A stretch of DNA of 64,000 nt from Candidatus Omnitrophota bacterium (GTDB lineage: Bacteria > Omnitrophota > Gorgyraeia > Zapsychrales > Fredricksoniimonadaceae): the NCBI GenBank assembly GCA_015232565.1, contig JADFZK010000002.1:57-64056 (forward strand), in the 5' to 3' direction. The translations under genes and the position numbers were made by a program. Positions 59,657-64,000 of this stretch are shown piece by piece. Below the pieces are notes generated by a model that was not told the DNA's origin, did not search any database, and saw nothing but the letters and a program-made list of their open reading frames with translations. The number at the start of each line of letters is the position of its first letter. Position 1 is the stretch's first letter.

Positions 59657-60883
59657 ATGAACGCAGGAGATACAGCTTGGGTTATGGTATCAACAGCTTT
59701 GGTGATGTTAATGACACCCGGTTTGGCATTTTTTTATGGAGGGATGGTTAGAAGAAAGAACATTTTAAGCGTTTTAATGCAATGTTTCTTTATTTTGTGT
59801 CTGGTGAGTGTTCTTTGGGTAGTTTACGGTTACAGTCTGTCTTTTGCTCCGGGTACCGGATTCTGGGGCGGTTTTAGCTGGTCTATGTTAAATGGAGTAG
59901 GTCTTGAGCCGTATAACGATTATTCGGCCACCATACCACACCAGGTCTTTATGATCTTTCAGGCCATGTTCGCGGTTATCACGCCCGCTTTGATCATTGG
60001 CGCTTTCGCTGAACGGATGAAGTTCTCTTCATTTGTGGTGTTCATTACCTTGTGGCTTACCTTGGTTTATGCTCCGGTCTGTCACTGGGTATGGGCGGTG
60101 GGCGGGTTTCTGCGTACCATGGGTACTTTGGACTTTGCCGGCGGCACAGTCGTGCACATCAACGCCGGTATTGCCGCGCTGGTTACCGCTTTAATGATCG
60201 GACGCAGAAAGAATTCCGACAAGCACATTCCATCACCGCATAACCTGCCTTTTGTAGCATTAGGCACGGCCTTATTGTGGTTTGGCTGGTTTGGATTCAA
60301 TGCCGGCTCGGCTTTAGCGGCAAATGGTCTGGCGGCTAATGCTTTTGTAGTTACCAATACTGCCGCTGCGGCTGCTGGTTTAAGCTGGGCTTTGATCGAA
60401 TGGGTGCGTAATGGCAAACCAACGCTCTTCGGTATTGCGTCTGGCGCGGTAGCCGGACTGGTAGCTATTACCCCGGCCGCTGGTTTTGTGAATGTTAGCG
60501 GTGCTTTGGCGATCGGGTTTCTGGTAAGCGTGTTCTGTTACTTTGCAGCAGTAATCATCAAACCGGCTCTGGGTTACGATGATGCTCTGGACGCATTTGG
60601 TGTGCATTGCATTGGCGGCATCTGGGGTGCTTTAGCTACTGGATTGTTCGCCACCAAGCTGGTCAATTCTGCCGGCGCTGACGGTGCGTTCTATGGTAAT
60701 CCGGCCCAGTTTATGATCCAGTTAAAGGCCGTGACGATCACCGTGGTTTATTCAACCATTGTTACCGCCGTTCTTTTTAAAGTCGTGGATATGATCATGG
60801 GCATGAGGGTCTCGCCCAAGGAAGAAGAGTTGGGCCTGGACTTAACCCAGCATCATGAACGGGCTTATACTATCTTGGAATAA
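59657..60883 (+). CDS. amtB: ammonium transporter
   Basis: DFAGGTVVHINAG, LWFGWFGFNAGS and DDALDAFGVH motifs (twin His). Confidence 0.96.
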   Translation: MNAGDTAWVMVSTALVMLMTPGLAFFYGGMVRRKNILSVLMQCFFILCLVSVLWVVYGYSLSFAPGTGFWGGFSWSMLNGVGLEPYNDYSATIPHQVFMIFQAMFAVITPALIIGAFAERMKFSSFVVFITLWLTLVYAPVCHWVWAVGGFLRTMGTLDFAGGTVVHINAGIAALVTALMIGRRKNSDKHIPSPHNLPFVALGTALLWFGWFGFNAGSALAANGLAANAFVVTNTAAAAAGLSWALIEWVRNGKPTLFGIASGAVAGLVAITPAAGFVNVSGALAIGFLVSVFCYFAAVIIKPALGYDDALDAFGVHCIGGIWGALATGLFATKLVNSAGADGAFYGNPAQFMIQLKAVTITVVYSTIVTAVLFKVVDMIMGMRVSPKEEELGLDLTQHHERAYTILE

Positions 60884-60909
60884 CGCAAATATAACTAGGA
60901 GAGCTGACC

Positions 60910-61251
60910 ATGAAAATGATAATCGCGATCATTCAGCCCAGCCGGCTGGATGATGTAAAAGAAGAGCTTTATAAAGCCGATGTTAACCTGATTACCGTTA
61001 GTGAAGTTTTGGGACACGGTCGTCAGAAAGGCGTTACCGAAGTATACCGTGGCGCTAAGGAGATGGGGAACCTGTTAAGGAAGGTCCGTATCGAGATAGC
61101 GGTAAATGAAAACTTTGTTGAAACCACGGTCAAGGCCATTATTAAAGGCGCCAAGACCGGTGAAACTGGTGACGGTAAGATCTTTATTTTACCGATGGAT
61201 CAATGTATACGTATCAGGACCGAGGAACGCGGCGGCATCGCCATCGGTTGA
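60910..61251 (+). CDS. glnK: P-II family nitrogen regulator
   Basis: GHGRQKG, YRG T-loop, TGETGDGKIF and RIRT motifs. Confidence 0.93.
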   Translation: MKMIIAIIQPSRLDDVKEELYKADVNLITVSEVLGHGRQKGVTEVYRGAKEMGNLLRKVRIEIAVNENFVETTVKAIIKGAKTGETGDGKIFILPMDQCIRIRTEERGGIAIG

Positions 61252-61264
61252 TTTATGGAGTTAA

Positions 61265-61313
61265 ACACTTGCCCGGGGCCTGTTAAAAGCTCCGGGCAAG
61301 TGTAAATTTTCTT
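61265..61313 (+). terminator. probable terminator after glnK
   Basis: ACACTTGCCCGGGGC...GCTCCGGGCAAGTGT stem followed by AAATTTTCTT. Confidence 0.7.
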
Positions 61314-61321
61314 CCTGTGAA

Positions 61322-61349
61322 TTGACTTTCGAAACATCAGTGCTATAGT
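61322..61349 (+). promoter_or_regulatory. sigma70-like promoter of the atp operon
   Basis: TTGACT-16 bp-TATAGT with extended TGn, ending 8 nt before the atpB ATG. Confidence 0.65.
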
Positions 61350-61357
61350 GAAATATC

Positions 61358-62122
61358 ATGTCTGCCGAAGCTTCTACTACCTCATCCGCCGCTGAATTCC
61401 CGCATATCGTGGGGCTGTTATCCGAATTGAACAGCGGTAACGCGTTTGGCCATTTCTTGCATCGCTGGGAGAGCGCCATTTATGCGTTGATCGTTATTCT
61501 TGTTTTGACGGTCGTGGCGCGTTTGGCAACTATGAAATGCGAATACGTGCCGGGCCGCCTGCAAAGCGGAGCCGAGTTCTTTGTTTCTTTTATTAACGAT
61601 TTTGTCTGCAGTATTCTTGGCTCACGCGGCCGGGAATTTACCCCGTTCATTGGCACGATCTTCATTTATATTTTGGCCATGAACTATATTGGCCTGATCC
61701 CGTTCTTTAAGTCACCGACTGCCGACTTGTCTACTACCCTGGGACTGGCGTTAATAGTTTTTTGCTATATTCAATATACCGGCTTTAAGGAATTAGGTTT
61801 TGCCGGCTATTTCGATCATTTGATGGGCCAGCCCCGTGGGGCCATGGCCATGACCATCATAATGCCGGTCTTTATGTTGCTTCTGCATATTGTCAGCGAA
61901 CTGGTACGCCCGATCAGTTTGTCTTTACGCTTGCGCAGTAATATTTACGGTGATGATGTGATCCTGGCCTTGTTCGCCAGCTGGGGACTAAAAGATGGTT
62001 TTTTGTGGTTGTTTCCAAACTTTCTGCTGGTCTTGTTGACCTCTACTATTCAGGCGGCAGTTTTCAGTATCCTTACACTGGTATATTTTTCCCTGGTCAT
62101 AAAACATGACCCGGCGCATTAA
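61358..62122 (+). CDS. atpB: F0F1 ATP synthase subunit a
   Basis: PGRLQS, NYIGLIP, PTAD, RPISLSLRL and IQAAVF motifs. Confidence 0.93.
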   Translation: MSAEASTTSSAAEFPHIVGLLSELNSGNAFGHFLHRWESAIYALIVILVLTVVARLATMKCEYVPGRLQSGAEFFVSFINDFVCSILGSRGREFTPFIGTIFIYILAMNYIGLIPFFKSPTADLSTTLGLALIVFCYIQYTGFKELGFAGYFDHLMGQPRGAMAMTIIMPVFMLLLHIVSELVRPISLSLRLRSNIYGDDVILALFASWGLKDGFLWLFPNFLLVLLTSTIQAAVFSILTLVYFSLVIKHDPAH

Positions 62123-62144
62123 TACAACAACACAGGAGGAATAA

Positions 62145-62378
62145 ATGGATTTTCACGCGGCTTTAGCTTTCAGTTTACCGATCGGTCTGGGTTTAACCGC
62201 TCTCGGCGTTGGCCTGGGCCTGGGTAATGCGGTTTCCAGCGCTTTGCAGTCTGTGGGCCGCCAGCCGGATGCTATCGGCAAGATCATGACCCTGATGTTG
62301 TTGGGCGCGGCGCTGATTGAAACTATCATTTTCTACGTATTGGCGTTCGTGGTGTTCCCGTTAGTCGGCAAGATCTGA
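62145..62378 (+). CDS. atpE: F0F1 ATP synthase subunit c
   Basis: GxGxGxG, RQP loop and essential Glu in ALIET. Confidence 0.95.
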   Translation: MDFHAALAFSLPIGLGLTALGVGLGLGNAVSSALQSVGRQPDAIGKIMTLMLLGAALIETIIFYVLAFVVFPLVGKI

Positions 62379-62421
62379 TATTGATCCAGCAGTTTTTTAG
62401 TATCACACCTTTAAGGATGAT

Positions 62422-62937
62422 ATGGAAATATTAAAGTTATTGAACTTGCAAATGGTTATTGCCCAGATAGTTTGTTTCTTTCTGGTCTTCTTGCTTTTAA
62501 AGAAGTTCCTTTGGAAGCCGGTCTTTACCGTTCTGGAAGAGCGCCGCGGCACGGTCCAGGCTGAATTAAAAGCCGTCGAAGACGCCAAGCTCGAAGTGCT
62601 TAAGTTAAAGAATGATTACACGGCCTCTTTGGCCAGGATCGACGAGACCGCTAAAGAAAGAATGAAAGAAGTCGACCGCCTGTCGGAACTGCGGTCGCGC
62701 GAGTTAAAAGACAAAGCGCGGGCCGAAGCCGATCATATTATCGAAGATTCGCGCAAGGAGATCCGCTTTGAAATGAACAAGGCGCGCGAAGCTTTACGCG
62801 ATGATGTGGTAGGCATGGTAATGACGGTGACCGAGAAAATGATCATGGAAAAGCTTACCTTTGCGGAAGACAAAAAGATCATTGAAGAAATGCTAACCGA
62901 AATGGATAAGGCAGATGCGCGACCGGATCATCGTTAA
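62422..62937 (+). CDS. atpF: F0F1 ATP synthase subunit b
   Basis: TM plus KKFLWKP..LEERR and a coiled coil. Confidence 0.92.
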   Translation: MEILKLLNLQMVIAQIVCFFLVFLLLKKFLWKPVFTVLEERRGTVQAELKAVEDAKLEVLKLKNDYTASLARIDETAKERMKEVDRLSELRSRELKDKARAEADHIIEDSRKEIRFEMNKAREALRDDVVGMVMTVTEKMIMEKLTFAEDKKIIEEMLTEMDKADARPDHR

Positions 62938-63460
62938 ACGCTATGCCCAGGCCTATGTGGATTTTGCCAGCCCCAAGATCGGGGTGGAGCTTTGTGTAGA
63001 AGAAATGAAAAGCCTGCGCTGGCTTTTGCGGGAAGAAAAACAGTTTGTGCATTTTCTTATTGCCCCGGAAATTTCTCGTCCCGAGAAGGCCCGGGTATTG
63101 GATAATGTTCTTAAGGAAAACTATTCCGACGCAACGATAGTGTTCATTAACTATTTGATCGTCCGCCACAGGGTTTACCTGTTAACGGCTATTTGCGATC
63201 AGGTCAGGACCCAGTTCGCCCATGGGGATCTGGTAGACGTTACTTTAAGGACCACCTTTCCTTTGGAGCTCGAGATCATCGGGCGGGTTAAGGCCAAATT
63301 GGAAGAAGTCTTTGCGATCCATTCAAATCTTTATTTGGAACTCGATCCCGATCTGTTAGGCGGGGTTCAGGTGGTGGTAGGGAACAGGATAATCGACGGT
63401 TCAGTGCGTAACCGTCTCTTGCAGTTAAAGAAGCAATTGCTTAAAGCCCAGGTGATATAA
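62915..63460 (+). CDS. atpH: F0F1 ATP synthase subunit delta
   Basis: KRYAQA and [17 protein letters not shown] motifs. Confidence 0.92.
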   Translation: MRDRIIVKRYAQAYVDFASPKIGVELCVEEMKSLRWLLREEKQFVHFLIAPEISRPEKARVLDNVLKENYSDATIVFINYLIVRHRVYLLTAICDQVRTQFAHGDLVDVTLRTTFPLELEIIGRVKAKLEEVFAIHSNLYLELDPDLLGGVQVVVGNRIIDGSVRNRLLQLKKQLLKAQVI

Positions 63461-63461
63461 A

Positions 63462-64000
63462 ATGAGCACATTAAGACCCGAAGAGATCTCGTCGATCATT
63501 AAAAAAGAGTTGGAGAATTTCAAGACCAATCTGCGCACCGAATCTACCGGTTCGGTACTGCAGGTAGGCGATTCAATAGCGCGTATTTACGGCCTGGATG
63601 ATGTAATGGTGGGCGAGATCGTGGAATTCCCGCATGATGTTTTCGGGATGGCGATCAACCTGGAAGAAGACAGCGTGGGCGTAATTATTTTCGGTAAAGA
63701 TAACGCCGACCGTCTGATCAAAGAAGGGGATACTGTTAAACGTACCGGCAAGATAGTACAGATCCCGGTTGGCGAGGCGTTGAAAGGCCGGGTGGTCAAC
63801 GCGCTGGGCCATCCGATAGACGGTCGGGGCCCTATTGTTACCGATCGGTACCGGGCGGTGGAATTTAACGCTCCGGACGTAGTTTCCCGTCAGCCCATTA
63901 ACACGCCTTTACAAACCGGCATTAAGTCGGTGGATTCCATGATCCCTATCGGCCGAGGCCAGCGTGAGCTTATTATCGGTGACCGGCAGACCGGTAAAAC
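63462..64000 (+). CDS. atpA: F0F1 ATP synthase subunit alpha (partial, runs off the window)
   Basis: [14 protein letters not shown]...[11 protein letters not shown]...[18 protein letters not shown]. Confidence 0.95.
   Translation, partial: MSTLRPEEISSIIKKELENFKTNLRTESTGSVLQVGDSIARIYGLDDVMVGEIVEFPHDVFGMAINLEEDSVGVIIFGKDNADRLIKEGDTVKRTGKIVQIPVGEALKGRVVNALGHPIDGRGPIVTDRYRAVEFNAPDVVSRQPINTPLQTGIKSVDSMIPIGRGQRELIIGDRQTGK

Noticed and set aside
62145-62378. Definitive Na+-translocating ATP synthase call
   Set aside because: The Na+ signature is incomplete (Pro/Gln of helix 1 absent), so the coupling ion cannot be assigned from sequence
341-63812. Numerous 60-180 aa antisense or alternate-frame ORFs in the track
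   Set aside because: They lie within well-supported genes, lack RBS and motifs, and are expected shadow ORFs

Overview
This 64-kb window is core chromosome of a diderm, probably anaerobic or microaerotolerant bacterium (it has LpxB, an outer-membrane porin, the siroheme-dependent Ahb haem pathway and cytochrome bd). The gene style is reminiscent of Ca. Omnitrophota/PVC, but that is inference only. In order it contains: pyk-rsmD-coaD-yceD-rpmF-plsX-fabH-fabD; a GAF histidine kinase/receiver/GAF-HD-GYP trio; a MoxR-DUF58-BatABCDE operon with an inositol monophosphatase and a YhcH-family gene; lpxB; porin-pstSCAB-phoU-phoBR; nadA-metX-metW-lhgO; a DRTGG protein, idh and cydAB; a 12-gene haem plus cytochrome c maturation operon; glgE/glgM; a YfhO/TPR block; a GHL10-like hydrolase and a MATE transporter; amtB-glnK; and the start of the F1Fo operon. 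I saw no rRNA, tRNA, CRISPR array, transposase or prophage. The most interesting signals lie outside the ORF track: (i) a ~160-bp palindromic, MITE-like element present twice, 30 kb apart; (ii) an ANTAR-type dual-hairpin/terminator leader ahead of amtB-glnK; (iii) two unannotated small Cys-rich ORFs, one with HiPIP-like Cys spacing; (iv) CTTAAY 11-bp-periodic Pho boxes ahead of the porin and pstS; (v) several apparently leaderless transcripts; (vi) atypical catalytic motifs or domain losses in ATP synthase subunit a, pyruvate kinase, HemA and the histidine kinase. I found no clearly novel multi-gene system, so these are the best candidates.
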